A stretch of DNA of 64,000 bases from Octopus sinensis (Eukaryota), in contig NC_043009.1 of assembly GCF_006345805.1 (NCBI RefSeq), forward strand, positions 1,364,001-1,428,000. The letters are read 5' to 3'. Each line of letters starts with the position of its first letter. Position 1 is the stretch's first letter. The notes beneath the pieces are model-generated. The model saw nothing but the letters and a program-made list of their open reading frames with translations. It was not told the origin of the DNA and made no database searches. Of the stretch, positions 1 through 13,595 are shown one piece after another. The translations under genes and the position numbers were made by a program.

Positions 1-691
1 CCTATCAAGTGAAGTACTGCTTAATTACCCTTCCTGTTGCTAAACCTCACCTGTTTGCAAGGTAAGGTTATACTTCACTATGGGCAGAAATGTGGTGCAT
101 GGCAGACCGAAAAAACATTGTATGACAGTGAAACTTATTCATGTGTATGAATATACACATATATGTGTACGTGTGCTTGTGTGCTCGTAAGTATGCATGT
201 ATGTCTAAGTGAATGCTGACATTCCCAAGTCTGAGCAGGAGACAATCTCAACAAATTTACAGAGATGTCATTTTACATTCCTTGTGAATAAAACATCCTG
301 CATCACTATTTTAAAAGCCTAGTGAAATAAAAATAATCCCTAACTTGAAAAACAAGTGAAAATCGGCAACAAAAAGGGCATCTTGTCATAAAATACTGTC
401 TGCTGCAATCTAGCACTTTCTCTGATTTCATCACACTAGTTTGGTTTTGGTGGCAGTGGCCTTCAGGAAACATTCATATTAACTAGAGAAGCAAATTATA
501 AACTATTATTATTGCTTTGTCTATCTTTGATAGAACCGTCCTATTCAGTAATGGTTCAAAATGATGCAGCTAAGATTTATCTTATCTGAAATGAGCTTAT
601 GGACTAAAATGAAAAACAGGGATAAAATCGACTTGCAGATATGGTATTAAATCTTTGCTTTGTTACTGTCTCTCTCTCAAATACACACACA

Positions 692-748
<57 letters not shown>

Positions 749-1319
749 AAATTCCTGTGACTGCATTTGTGTGCATGTATATATTGTGTGTGAATGTATA
801 TATATATATTCCCACCCATGCTAGCATGAAAGACGGATGTTAAATGACGACGATGATGGTGGTGTATGTGTTTGTGTGTGTGTGTGTGTATATACTATAT
901 GCTTATGTATGCACACACACACACACACACACACACTTTCCTATGGAAGTCTAAGTATGGTGAGTCATATATAATTTATGAAATATCAATCAAAATATAC
1001 AGTCACATAAAAGGAACATATTTCAACACAATCATTATTCATTAGTCTGTTTTGAATCTTTTCAAAATATATTTCAAAATGAAGTCTGACATTTTCAATT
1101 ATCATTATTATCATTATTATTATCATCATCATCATCATCGTCTTTATTATTATTACTATCATTATTATGCAAAAAATAATGTTATTGATTTCTTACATAA
1201 ACACAAAAGCATCAGTTTTGGAAAGGAATGGGGAAGCGGTATTTAAGTGTGTTTACTTTTGTAGTTTTCAGGTATTTTGTTTGATGATGGTGAACTTCCC
1301 CCCCAGCAGTGAATTGATG

Positions 1320-1468
1320 ACAGTGGACTCACTGGACACAGAATCTCCCCGAGAAGGCTACATTAAGGCTACACATGTCTGTGGAATACTCAGCCACTTG
1401 CAGGTATCAAACTCATGACCTGATAATCCTGAGCCAAATACTCTAACTGCTAAGCTACACACCCTCCA
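1320..1468 (-). mobile_element. Degenerate tRNA-headed SINE fragment
   Basis: Minus strand reads TAGCTTAGCAGTTAGAG...GAGTTTGATACC (box A/B-like), similar to the family D heads elsewhere in the window. Confidence 0.45.
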
Positions 1469-2714
1469 AAAAAGAAAAATAACAGCAGACACACAAACAT
1501 GATTTCGAGCATGTTTCTATCACATTGCTTGCTAAGAGACGACCCTGATTACGCCACACCATGCTTGCCACTCCCTCTCTGTCTCTCAAATTTGGGAGGA
1601 ATTTAAATCTATTTTCCTCTTCTTATTTTCATTTTTATCTTGTTTTTCAATAATGCTATTTTTATCACCACATGATAATTGGTCAGTTAGTATGCTTAAT
1701 AGGATAGGTTATATAACCACATATCTAAATAAATAGGTTTGTTGTAAATTTGTTTTGGATTATTACATTGAAGAAAACACTTCTGGGGATCAATTTGATC
1801 AACTAACTCTTTCAAGACGTTACCCCAATAAAATTGTAAAAGAATATATTCTGTCCAAGCTGAAGTTTTCTATTTCTTGGGTGTTCTTCAGAGCAAATGT
1901 GCAGCAGAGGGGAAACTTGAATTGATGGAGTGAGGATTTGGCTTTGAATGAATGAACTCTAATACATGTATTGAGTAGTTTTTCTCTCAATTTGACATCC
2001 AAAGGTATACATTTGTATATATGTACAGGAATTGCTGGATGGTTAAGAAGTTCACTCTGCAAACCACAAGTTTTCTGGTTCAGTTCCACTGTGTGCCACT
2101 TTGAGCAAATGTTTATTACTACATATCTTTTCAGCCAGTCTTGGAGGACCTATAATGGTCATAATAATAACTATGAACTTTTCATGCCACGCCTCTTCTT
2201 CCTGACAGTGATACCCTAATCCCACCAAAAAATATTGATTGGAATAAGCTAAGAGTGATAATTAGGGAACTTGTAGTCTCTCTAGTCTAACACAAGTTAA
2301 AATAAATATTTGTCCTGAGCAAGACATGAAACTGTAATTAGTGGTTTAGGCTCCAGCTTGAGAATTCAGTAGTTTTAGGGACTATTGAGCCACTTCTTAG
2401 TCACTACTATTCTCATGTTCACTCTGGCACAAGGTGGTAGTACTAATTGTAGGTGCCATTTACAAATCAGAAAGCAGAAGATAGTCCTATAGCTAAGGCT
2501 TATACAAAACTTGGAGGGGGGGGGGCGCTGGTCCAGGCCTACTAATATGTGGAAATGCCTTGACATCATGTGAACAGGTCCTTCTGCTTAAGTGTTAAAT
2601 AGTCCTTGCGCCTAAAGGGTAAGCTCAAGAGAGCAGAAAACTAGCAGAGTAAACGGTAAATAAAGTAAGCGGTAATATTTATTTCCACTTAAAATGTAGA
2701 TGTGCTGTTAGAAA

Positions 2715-3135
2715 AAAAACTATCTCTAGCAGTTGAGCATACAGCACTGATGAGACCAAGGAAGGTTGAAACCACATGATCTGGTGGTCTCAGTATTGGA
2801 GTTTGTGGGGAGTAATCTCCCTACTAATGGTATAAACAAGTGTGCGTTTTGCACCAAAAGCCTATATGAGAATTTTTCTGATGGTAAAAGGAAGCTCACT
2901 AGCTAACTGTAACACCAGTAGCTTGTTCAGGCACTAATTGCTAGTGGGGAGATGGGTCACTGCTATCTCTAGTGGCTGAGCATCCATCATCGATGAGTCT
3001 AACGAAGGTCAAAACCACATGATCTGGTGGTCTCAGAGCTGGAGTTGGTAGGGAGTAGTTTTCCTGCTAGCAAATATAAACAAATGTGCATTTGACACCT
3101 AAAGCCTATATGAGAGTTTCCCTCATGGTAAAAGA
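2715..3135 (+). repeat. Two diverged direct repeats (243-bp offset), each with a hammerhead-like motif; PLE pLTR-like
   Basis: CTATCTCTAG..TGAGCAT..GATGAG..AAGGT..AAACCACATGATCTGGTGGTCTCAG..AAAAGCCTATATGAGA occurs at about 2720-2890 and 2963-3135. Confidence 0.75.
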
Positions 3136-3631
3136 ATCTACAACAGTAAATAATCTCGTAGAAAGCAGCAGGAAACAATTGCTGCACGTTTCTGAAGAAA
3201 AATCATGCATCTTCAGAGTTTGGTGTGAGAGTTCATGATCACAGTTGTCTGTAGGCAAGTCACATGAAAGAGATTAATAAATATCCTTGTTATTTGCCAA
3301 ATGTCTGCCCTGTGCTTTGTATTAGATAATAATAACAAAACTCATCTGCTCTGTGCTAAATTCATTACCCATTTCAAAATGATTTTGCTAACAAATGATT
3401 TGGGGAGGGTTGGGGTTAAAAACAAAAAATAAAAAACGGTTTGTGTGTCAAAACAGAACAATTATTTTAGCTTTTTATTTGGTCAATTACTAAAAAAAAC
3501 ACAGGAAAGATAATTATCAATTAACTCATGTAAAATGGAACAAAAATATATATTTGTGTCAATGTTTGACTTCTACGTTCTATTAAAACAAAAAAAAGCA
3601 ACATAGACAATGTTTCTTGAACAAACTGTCT

Positions 3632-3663
<32 letters not shown>

Positions 3664-3852
3664 TTAGCAAGTAAATAACAGAGTCAGATGATAACTGATG
3701 GTGGTGGTGGTGGTGGTGGTGGTGATGGTGTCAACAAAAATGGCAGAATTCTGAATAAGTTTGTGTGACTTAGGTGAGGAGAGAAAGAATCTGACAATGC
3801 AGGACTGGCTCTGATTATGAGAAAAGAAATTCTTCAACAGAGGGGTTGGATA

Positions 3853-4221
3853 GTTTCAGTCATTTGAATGTGGCCATGCTGGAGCACCGCCTTTAGTCGA
3901 GCAAATCGACCCCAGGACTTACTCTTTGTAAGCCTAGTACTTATTCTATCAGTCTCTTTTGCCGAACCGCTATGTTACAGGGGACATAAACAAACCAGCA
4001 TCAGTTGTCAAGCGATGTTGGGGAGACAAACACAGACACCCAAACATACACACTCACATATACGACGAGCTTCTTTCAGTTTCCGTCTACCAAATCCACC
4101 CACAAGGGTTGGCCTGAGGCTATAGTAGAAGACACTTGCCCAAGGTGCTACACAGTGGGACTGAACCCGGAACCATGTGGTTGGTAAGCAAGCTACTTAC
4201 CACACAGCCACTCCTACACCT
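3853..4221 (-). mobile_element. tRNA-derived SINE, family A (full length)
   Basis: Minus-strand head GAGTGGCTGTGTGGTAAG (box A)...GGTTCAGTCCC (box B), CORE-like CCTTGGGCAAGTG, internal microsatellite; more than 15 copies in the window. Confidence 0.9.
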
Positions 4222-4651
4222 ATAGTATTAAGAATATACAAACGATAGGGTGAGAAGAGAGGGATTACACCTACAAAAAATGATTGTAGATAATGCATAA
4301 AAAGAAGAAATGAAAAAAAATATATTCTTTTTGTATTGTCATGTAACTATCATGATGTTGACCATTATCATTGTTTGAAGGGACACTTTTCTGTGCCTGC
4401 AAGGGTTGGGTTGAATTTGTTGAGCCAGATGCCCTTCCTTTCACTAGCCCTCATCTGTTTCGAAGCAAGGTAATAATATTCCACCAAGGTCAGATGTGTT
4501 TTCACTGGAGATTGAAAATAAAGGACACCGTTTGCGTGACAGTGGAACTTGTTTACAATGATTGCACAAAATTAAGGCAAGAACAAGTAAAACACATACC
4601 TCACCCCCTACAACGTGTATGCATGTGTGTGTGTATCTTGTATCTGATACA

Positions 4652-5195
4652 TGTTTCAGTCATTAGACTACAGCCATGCTGGGGGCACTGCCATGACATT
4701 TTAGTGAATGAATCGATCCAATTACCTATTTTTTTTAAAGGCTGGTACTTATTCTATTGGTTTCTTATGCTGAACTGCCAAATTAGGAGGATGTAAACAC
4801 ACCAACACTGCATGTCAAGTGGTGGTGGAGAACAAACACACACACATAGATCTATATACATACATATATATCGTTGGACTCGACATATTTTTTTCATTCT
4901 CTCTGTTTATTTTCTCTTTTTCTGTTGAAGAGTGTAGGCTTGAAATGTAAAAGACCTTTTCATTTTTCCAGAGCATCAAACTAATAGACTTGCTTATTGT
5001 TCATACACCTGTCTTTGTCTTCCATTTTTCTATAAATTTCAACTATATATATATATATATACACGATGGGCTTCTTTCAATTTCTATCTACCAAATCCAC
5101 TCACAAGGCTTTGGTCGGTCTGAGGCTATAGCAGAAGACACTTGCCCAAGGTACCATGCAGTGGGACTGAACACTAAACCATGCGGCTGGGAAGC
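4652..5195 (-). mobile_element. Family A SINE split by an insertion in its internal microsatellite
   Basis: 3' part at about 4652-4845 and 5' part at about 5062-5195 match the other copies. Confidence 0.75.
4870..5045 (+). mobile_element. Short element with a degenerate hammerhead-like motif, embedded in (TA)n
   Basis: CTGTTGA-A-GAGT-GTAG-GCTT-GAAA-TG-TA-AAAGA at about 4916-4954; related to the 38745-38880 element. Confidence 0.5.
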
Positions 5196-5404
5196 ATGTA
5201 TATATATAGCTGGGACCCTGGCAGGTGCTACTACTCTGGATCAGAGTGAACCTAAGAACAATAATGGTTAACAGGTGGTTCCACACTCCTCAAAACCCTG
5301 AAACATCCAAACCAGAGTCTTGTTACCAAAAGCAGTTTTCCGGCTCCTGGAACTCTTTACAATATACTTTGTTGTTCTGCTTATGCGTGCGTTCCAATAA
5401 TTGT

Positions 5405-5812
5405 GACAATGGTACCATTTTGCAGTACATAACTACTGAAAGAGCCTTCAACTTCAAGTTAGAAACATTTGAAACTGTGATCAAGGAATTCCTTTATGCA
5501 GATGATGGCTTCCTGGCTCACACTGCAGGTACCATACACTATGTTATGGATCATACTGCCCCTTGATATATATATATATATCCCTTGGCTTTAAAAAAAA
5601 TAAGTCTAACAAAAACCAGTATAATGTTCACACCTGCACCTAGTGAACCATATGTTGAACCAAGTATCATAGTATACAGTACAATATTAGGTGTAGTTGA
5701 TATTTTTGTTTATCTGAGTGGAATGTTGTTGAGAGATGTTTCCCCAGATGCAGAAATATATCTATGCATTCAGAAAGTATCTGTTGCATTGGAGAAGGTC
5801 TTCCTCTATAGG
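5405..5812 (+). pseudogene. RTE-clade LINE reverse transcriptase fragment
   Basis: VIKEFLYADDGFLAHT, then KISLTKTSIMFTPAPSEPYVEPSI..VVDIFVYLSGML..DAEIYLCIQKVSVA; interrupted by (TA)n. Confidence 0.85.
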
Positions 5813-6064
5813 TATACTGGTGAAAATTGCAATTATCACTAATAACAGTTGGTTAAATATCAAAAATATTTGTAATGTTTAATTGTTTAATAATCTTGTT
5901 ATTTTCTGGGTTATTAACATCAAATTCAGAAAGATTTGTTTTCAAATATCATATTTGACAGATGGAACAGGAGATTCCCATTTCTTGCCCCACCAAAACA
6001 AATAAGTCTAAAAAAACACCCACTCCCAAGGTCTTATATATGCAAAGTTAGGCTGATATTGCTT

Positions 6065-6560
6065 TTTTTAATGTACAAAAAGCATATTTTCACCTGGATA
6101 TGAGCTGCTGAAATTAGGGTGCATCTCATGACATTTTTTTCTTCTCCAAACACTGCCCAAAATCCAACCAGGGTTGTGTATGAAAAGTTGGGCCGATTTT
6201 GCATTCTTTAAGGCACTAAAAATTATTTTCCTAAATATGTACCACTGAAATTGGAACACATCAAATATGCCTGTGTCTTTTATGCCATCAAATACAATAC
6301 TTAACATCTACACCAGGTTTTCATCAGTCTAATCGTCAATTGTCATCTGTGTCTTATTTTTGCATACATACATATGTAACAATATGGTGGAAAGGATTCT
6401 AACTAGGAAATTTTATTTCCTGAATCAGGATTAAAATGCACACACATAAATGGCAGCATGCACTGGGTTACTTACACATGTCTTGTCATAACAGTAGTTT
6501 TATATTTTGGACAACAGCATATCAATTCTATTCCAGTGTTATTAAAACCAGGGCAATTAT
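6065..6560 (-). pseudogene. Possible highly decayed hAT-like transposase fragment
   Basis: Frameshifted pieces DNCPGFNNT, CVSNPVHAA and WLDFGQCLE resemble hAT motifs (NCxGFxxDN, CxCH, RWLSLGxCL). Confidence 0.3.
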
Positions 6561-7030
6561 CCTTTATTTGCCAATGAATTCTGGTTAACTTAATACAACT
6601 GGTGTTAAGGATGTTGAAATGTCATACTTGTTAATCAAATGGAATGCCTCGTTCTTTTTTTTTTTTGGCTTTTGTTGGTAATGCTATTTAACATTTTTTG
6701 TCATTTCTGTGTTAAATTTTCAGTTTTTTTTGTTGTTTGAGAAAGAAAAAAACGCCCAAGAGTCAATAGTTTATTCTGATGTCCTGTCCTCACCACCACT
6801 TCAATCTGCTTCCATGCTTTCTCTCTATCTGTCTGTCTGTCTGTCACCTACCTAGACTTCAGCATAATTAAAAAGTCATGAAACACACATACAATGCTTG
6901 TATGGACATGCATGCATAGACATACACAGAGTTGCCTATTTAATTGTAAACTTGCAATCTTGTTGTCACATACACACGCAAGTGTACAGGTACACATTCA
7001 GATTCACATATCTACATAAATGCATAAAAG

Positions 7031-7065
<35 letters not shown>

Positions 7066-7261
7066 GCTGTGTGTGTGTTTGTCTTGACACTTGTATGTGA
7101 ATGTGTGTCTATGCAGTTCACTTAAAAGTTGCTAATAGCAGAAACCTATCCAAAATCATACATACATATGCACACATGCATATGCACACATGCATATGCA
7201 CACATACATATGCACACATACATATGCACACATACATACACAAACACACATGCATATACTC

Positions 7262-7643
7262 TCTTTTCTTTTACTCTCTTTTACTTGTTTCAGTCATTTG
7301 ACTGTGGCCATGCTGGAGGACTGCCTTTAGTCGAGCAAATCGACCCCGGGACTTATTCTTTGTAAGCCTAGTACTTATTCTATTGGTCTCTTTTGCCGAA
7401 CCGCTAAGTGATGTTGGGGGACAAACACAGACACACAAACACATACACACACACACATATATATATATATACATATATACGACAGGCTTCTTTCAGTTTC
7501 TGTCTACCAAATCCACTCACAAGGCATTGGTCGGCCTGGGGCTATAGCAGAAGACACTTGCCCAAGATGCCACGCAGTGGGACTGAACCCAGAACCATGT
7601 GGTTGGTTAGCAAGCTACTTCCCACACAGCCACTCCTGTGCCT
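7262..7643 (-). mobile_element. Family A SINE
   Basis: Matches 3853-4221; (CTTTTA)n tail. Confidence 0.9.
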
Positions 7644-8265
7644 ATATAAATAAATTATATATAAAATTATGAATTTAGCTATTATCAATTGATTCCAGCT
7701 TTCAATTACAAGTTTCTATAAAAATAAAAATAAAAAAAAGGGAAAATTTAATAATACTCAAAGTATTTCCAGTTCAAACATATTTTTTAATTAATTTTTT
7801 TAGCAGAATATAAATTCACCAAGAAAGAGGCATAAATTTTAATTAATACGAAGTCAACTCATCTTTATTATTATTATTATCATCAGCATTATTATCGTTA
7901 TTTTCCAATGCTGGTGAGCCTGAATTTTATTTCAATTTTTTACTTTGGCAACCAGAAAAATGGGTAAATTGACAAATTAAACAACTTAAAAATGCTAAGT
8001 TGTTTGACCCCAGAAAGAAATCTGTGGTTTGACAAGTTTTTAGTGAGTAGAAGTGAAGTTGCGTTTGGGGGTGTGTGTAATACATGCATGTAAACGGGCG
8101 TTTACAAACACTTCTGTCTATTTATCTAGCTATACACATATATACATGTATAATTATATACATACATACATGATGATACATGCATAGTAAGTGCAGTTCA
8201 AAATATATTTTTTATCCAAGTACAAAAAAGTTGATATGCATGTTATACATAAATACAAAAGCAAA

Positions 8266-8338
<73 letters not shown>

Positions 8339-8340
<2 letters not shown>

Positions 8341-8588
8341 TGGGTTGGTGAATAATTATTGCCGCTTTTTTCAACAAATTTTATTCAACAAAAACGATAA
8401 CAATATTTAACAAAAACATCTATAAATGACGGGTCTGACTGTCTGCCCAGCAAATAGGAAGCAGTAATTGAAGTAGATGGTGAATATGCTCCGGAATAAT
8501 CATTTAAAGATGTTTTTGTTACATGTTATTGTTTTTGCTAAATAAAATTTGTTGAAAAAAGCCACAAAAATTATGCACCAACCCAATA
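8339..8588. mobile_element. Tc1/mariner-type MITE
   Basis: Terminal inverted repeats ATTGGGTTGGTG.ATAATT..TTTTTTCAACAAATTTTATT and AATAAAATTTGTTGAAAAAA..AATTAT.CACCAACCCAAT. Confidence 0.8.
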
Positions 8589-8751
8589 CATCACTATTTG
8601 ATTTGATTCCATTATTACAAATATATATATATATATATCAACAGAAATAAATATCAATTCAGATATAACAACAATATTTTCATGTAAAATACACTTCAAA
8701 GTGCTCAGTAAAATTGTTACAAAACATAACTAAAATAGATTCAAAGATATA

Positions 8752-9202
8752 CTCTTACTCTTTTACTCTTTTAGTTGTTTCAGTCATTCGACTGCGGCCA
8801 TGCTGGAGCACCGCCTTTAATCAAGCAACTCGACCCCGGGACTTATTCTTTTGTAAGCCCAGTACTTATTCTATCGGTCTCTTTTGCTGAACCGCTAAGT
8901 AACAGGGACATAAACACACCAGCATCGGTTGTCAAGCAATGCTAGGGGGACAATCACAGACACACAAACACACACACGCATATATATATATATATATATA
9001 CATATATACAACGAGCTTCTTTTCAGTTTCCATCTACCAAATCCACTCACAAGGCTTTGGTCGGCCCGAGGCTATAGTAGAAGACACTTGCCCAAGGTGC
9101 CACGCAGTGGGACTGAACCCGGAACCATGTGGTTGGTAAACAAGCTACTTACCACATGTGGTTGGTAAACAAGCTACTTACCACACAGCCACTCCTGCGC
9201 CT
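8752..9202 (-). mobile_element. Family A SINE with a ~29-bp tandem duplication in its head
   Basis: CATGTGGTTGGTAAACAAGCTACTTACCA occurs twice at about 9127-9183. Confidence 0.9.
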
Positions 9203-9320
9203 TATTATTATAAATAATATAATAATATATAAAAGAAAGGCAAGTGATAAGATATAAAAATAGCTTAAAGTAAATATATACATAGGCATAAGCATAGAAG
9301 CCCATCATGTGTGCATGTAA

Positions 9321-9369
<49 letters not shown>

Positions 9370-9370
9370 C

Positions 9371-9558
9371 AGAGGTGCTGAAAAGTTCCTGGCTTTCTGA
9401 GAGGCCTGGCTGGAATCCCAACCTTCCAAGTTCTTTTACAGGGCTTAGAAGAATTGAAGGACCGCTGCAATAAGTGCGTGAATCTGAGAATATGTTGAAT
9501 CATAACTGATTCTCATATATTTTCTTTTATCCAAAGCCAGGAACTTTTCAGCACTCCA
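9371..9558 (+). mobile_element. Non-autonomous mariner element
   Basis: TIRs GTGCTGAAAAGTTCCTGGCTTT and AAAGCCAGGAACTTTTCAGCAC; interior encodes a mariner C-terminal remnant (LEELKDRCNKCVNLR). Confidence 0.85.
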
Positions 9559-9644
9559 TAATGTGTGTGTGTGTGTGTATGCAAATATATATGCTTGGTC
9601 ACAGTCAAATGACTTAAAAGAATAAAAAATATATATACCCACAT

Positions 9645-9835
9645 GAGTGGGTGTGAAAAGTTCCTGGTTTTAAGAGCATTGCGAAAGGTTTGGTTCTTGT
9701 ATGAGGTTTAGAAATACTGAAGGACTGCTGCAATAAGTGTGTGAATCTGAGAGAGGAATATGTTGAATAAAATCATAATTGACTGATTCTCCTGCATTTT
9801 TGTCTACTGAAAGCCAAGAACTTTTCACCACCTCT

Positions 9836-9838
<3 letters not shown>
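9645..9838 (+). mobile_element. Second copy of the same non-autonomous mariner element
   Basis: Same TIRs and interior (KCVNLREEYVE*). Confidence 0.8.
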
Positions 9839-9908
<70 letters not shown>

Positions 9909-9981
9909 TAATAACGGTGCATCAGCATGGCCGCAGCTCTGAGCTGAAACTAATATATATATATATATATATAAACATTAC

Positions 9982-10185
9982 CATCATCATCATTTAATGT
10001 CTGTTTTTCCAAACTAACATGGGTTGGATCGTTTGACAAGATCTTGCAAGTCACAGGGCTGCACCGAATTCCAGTGTTAGCTTTGGCACAGTTTCTAGTG
10101 CTGGATGCCCTTCTTAATATCAATTACATTAAAATGTGTACTGGGTGGCACGTTGCTTTGTGCCACTGGCACTAGTGAGGTTTCT
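9982..10185 (-). mobile_element. Family C SINE-like element ((GAT)n tail)
   Basis: CATCATCATTTAATGTC..CATGGGTTGGA..GCTGGATGCCCTT shared with about 10 other copies. Confidence 0.65.
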
Positions 10186-10495
10186 GAGAAACTTGTAAGA
10201 CAGAAAATAGACCAAGGAAAAGACTTCTAAGTGGTGGGGGAGTGTTTGAGAAGGGGAGGCAGCTTTATGCCTGGTGTTGAAAGACTAAAGCATGATAGAG
10301 GGTCAAGTGCAGGAGTCTTGCTAGAGTGAAGATATATGGCTACCCTACATTATAGGGGTGGGTGGGAGTAGATGAGAAGGAGATCTAAGAGTCATGATGA
10401 ATGCCTGAGGAAATCTCTCAAGGTGAGCAGAAGATGGGATATGGACAGTGGGTGGCGAAGGGGGTGGGGAAGAGTTGATACTTTCATGATGTGGA

Positions 10496-10984
10496 CTGGG
10501 CCGGATTAAGACCCATAGAGGCCCTATAAGCACTTAAAAGATTTTGGTGAAATAAATTTGTATTTTCCATAATGAAATAAAACTAACCATGAGATGGAAA
10601 ATAATGTTTATTTCTCCTACTTTTTTTTTTAATTGCAAAGTCTTTGATGAAATTCTCAAAATTAATTTTACGTAATACAGTTGCTTCTAAACTTGGTAGA
10701 TCAAAGGCATCCAGCCTGCTCTGTTGCCTTGTTGTTCTGATGGGATTTTTAATAAACTTCAGCTGAGAAAATGAATGCTCAGCTGAGCAATTTGTGATCA
10801 TTAATGTTAAAAATATACTAAAGACAATTTTTACATTTGGAAAGGCACGCTCAATAATGTTTATTTTAGCAAGTTTGGGGTGATTTCTTTTGTGCCATAA
10901 ACCATTTACCATTTCTGTGGTGCCCCACTTTCCTTTGATGGCTTAAGCACATGCTTATTTTGCTTAATGGTTAATCCAGTGCTG
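10496..10984 (-). mobile_element. Internally deleted hAT transposon retaining the C-terminal dimerisation domain
   Basis: FPNVKIVFSIFLTLMITNCSAEHSFSQLKFIKNPIRTTRQQSRL..KDFAIKK; imperfect TIRs CTGGGCCGGATTAA and TTAATCCAGTGCTG. Confidence 0.85.
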
Positions 10985-11575
10985 AGTATGAGGGGAGATT
11001 AACAGATGGTTACAGATGGGGATAAAGGTGAATGTAGTGTGTGATGGGCAAGGATGGAGGTGCTACTAATGGGAAATATCAGTATAGAGAGATGTATGAG
11101 CATGTGTGTGTCTTTGTGCCTGTGTTTGTCTCCTCCTTCCCCATCGTTCGACAACAGGTGTCTATTTATGTCCCTATAACTTAACAGTTTGGCAAAACAG
11201 ATCAATAGAATAAGTACCACACTTAAAATAAATAAGTCCTGGGGTCAATTTGTTCGACTGAACCCTTTAAGGCAGTGCCCCAGCATGGCCACAGTTCAAT
11301 GACTGAAGCAAATTAAAGCAGGCAAAACAACATGCATATGAAAATGATACACCCATGCCAGGCATTCGTTATTACCCTCTGATGAAGAGTCATGTGACAT
11401 GGGTGTTTAACATATGTGCAGGTTAGTGTGCAAGGAGTGTATTATCCTGTCCAGGAAGGTCATTGTCGTTAACATCATTCTATTGTCATCATCATCATCA
11501 GCAGCAGCAACAGCAATGAGTAATATAACTATTTAGTTTAGATAGTAATACTTCAATTCATTTTATCTCTTCTGT

Positions 11576-11625
<50 letters not shown>

Positions 11626-11636
<11 letters not shown>

Positions 11637-11720
11637 ATATATATTTATGTGTGTGTGTTTATGAATTCATGTATGCATGTTTATAGTTTTGTATATCTGC
11701 TTTTGGATCTAAGATTAGCA

Positions 11721-11767
<47 letters not shown>

Positions 11768-11896
11768 CACACATACAGATGGAGGTAATTAAGAAAGGGA
11801 AACACCATAATAAATTTATAAGCAGTGTATTTGAGTGTGTGTGTATTGTGTGTGCATGTACATCATCATCATCATGTATATGAAAATAAACTTCTT

Positions 11897-11927
<31 letters not shown>

Positions 11928-12018
11928 CACACCTTGCTAATCTTAGATCCAAAAGCAGATATACAAAACTATAAACATGCATACATGAATTCATAAACAC
12001 ACACACATAAATATATAT

Positions 12019-12030
<12 letters not shown>
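11626..12030. repeat. Inverted duplication of about 100 bp, flanked by microsatellites
   Basis: 11626-11726 is the reverse complement of 11928-12030. Confidence 0.95.
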
Positions 12031-12058
<28 letters not shown>

Positions 12059-12451
12059 GTGTATGTATATACATGTATGTATGTGTGTGTATATATATAT
12101 ATATATGCACACACACACACACACACCACACACACACATACATACATACATACATACATGCACACAGTCGATGAGCTGCTTGTACATATTTTGCAAATGT
12201 CAGGCAATTCCCACCAAGTTGGTTTCTTCGCCTCATATTTAACAACCGTTATCCTATAATTCCTGCTACAATGTGAGGCGAACTTTGAGAATATGAAAGT
12301 AAGTCTATGCCTGTGACATATACAAAAGAGACTGACCTAGTCACAACAACTCCAAAAATCAAATCACACACACACACACATCATTGATATGGATGTTAAG
12401 ATTTTTGTGAGAATCTGATAGGATTTTCCAATTCGTTTTTTATCTTTAACT

Positions 12452-12822
12452 CATTTCAGTCACTGGACTGCAGCCATTCTGGGGCACCACTTTGAAAGTT
12501 AGTCAAACATATCAACGTCTGTATTTAATTTTTTTTTATTTTTGCAGTCTGCTATATATTCTATTGGTCTCTTTTGCTGAACTGCTAAGTTATGGGGATG
12601 TAAACAAACCAACACCAGTTGTCAAGCTGTGGTGAGGGACAAACACACACACATACGACAGGCTTCTTTCAGTTTCCATTTACCAAATCCATTTCTAAGG
12701 GTTTTGTCAGCCCAGGGCTATATCATAGAAGACACTTGCCAAGAGTATCATGCATTGGGACTGAACCCAAGACCACATGGTTGAGAAGCAAGTGTATTAA
12801 CCACACAGCCACACCTATGCCT
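12452..12822 (-). mobile_element. Family A SINE (older copy)
   Basis: Matches the family A copies. Confidence 0.85.
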
Positions 12823-13029
12823 ATTTTAAAGAAATGTGGAATGCTTCAAGAATTTAAAATTTATTTTTGATAGCCATTTATATTTTTATTTTTACTAATT
12901 TAAGTTTTCCCTTTCACGTTTAAATGAAGTAATTGTTTAAAATGATAAAAAAAGGATGTAAAACCAAGATGTAGGGCTGTTTAAGTTCTCACGCACAAAC
13001 GTCTACCTACACACACAATAACTGCTCTA

Positions 13030-13595
13030 GTCTTGTGGTAAGAAGTTCACTTCCTAGCCATATGGTTCTCAGTTCAGTCCTACAGATGGCACCCTAGGCA
13101 AATATCTTCTACCATAACCTCAGGTCAATCAAGGATTTGGTAGATGGAAACTGAGAGAAGCCTATTGTGTGTGTGTGTGTGTATGTACATATATCTATAT
13201 ATATATCTTTTGGTATGTTTGTTTCCAAACAACACTTCTTTTAGTGCTGTTGACACCGCTGGATTGAATGGTACTGCCCAGGTGTCGAAACCATAATGAT
13301 ATTCATGGGGCAGCTGATGATGGGGGTATGTTGGATTGTTGGTATGGCTGTTTTTGTATATATGGAATAGTATTATAACTCATACTTTTGATATATATTT
13401 ATAAAATATGTATGTGCATACATCTATGTATGTCTTTGTGTTTGTCCCCCACCACCACATGACAACCAGCATTGGGTTGTTTACATCCCTGTAACTTACT
13501 GGTTCAGCAAAAAGAGATTGATAAAATAAATTCCATAGGTACTGGGATCAATATTTTCTTGACTAAACTCTTCCAGGCAAGCCCAATGACTGAGA
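13030..13595 (+). mobile_element. Degenerate family A SINE with an internal insertion
   Basis: Head at 13030-13165, tail at 13430-13595. Confidence 0.65.

Noticed and set aside
11349-11406. 12-bp hairpin enclosing CTGATGA
   Set aside because: No GAAA or stem III; does not fit a C/D snoRNA or pre-miRNA
13245-13315. Hammerhead-like CTGTTGA-CACC..GGTG-TCGAAA-CCAT..ATGG
   Set aside because: Several core positions are wrong, there is no NUH triplet and no stem I
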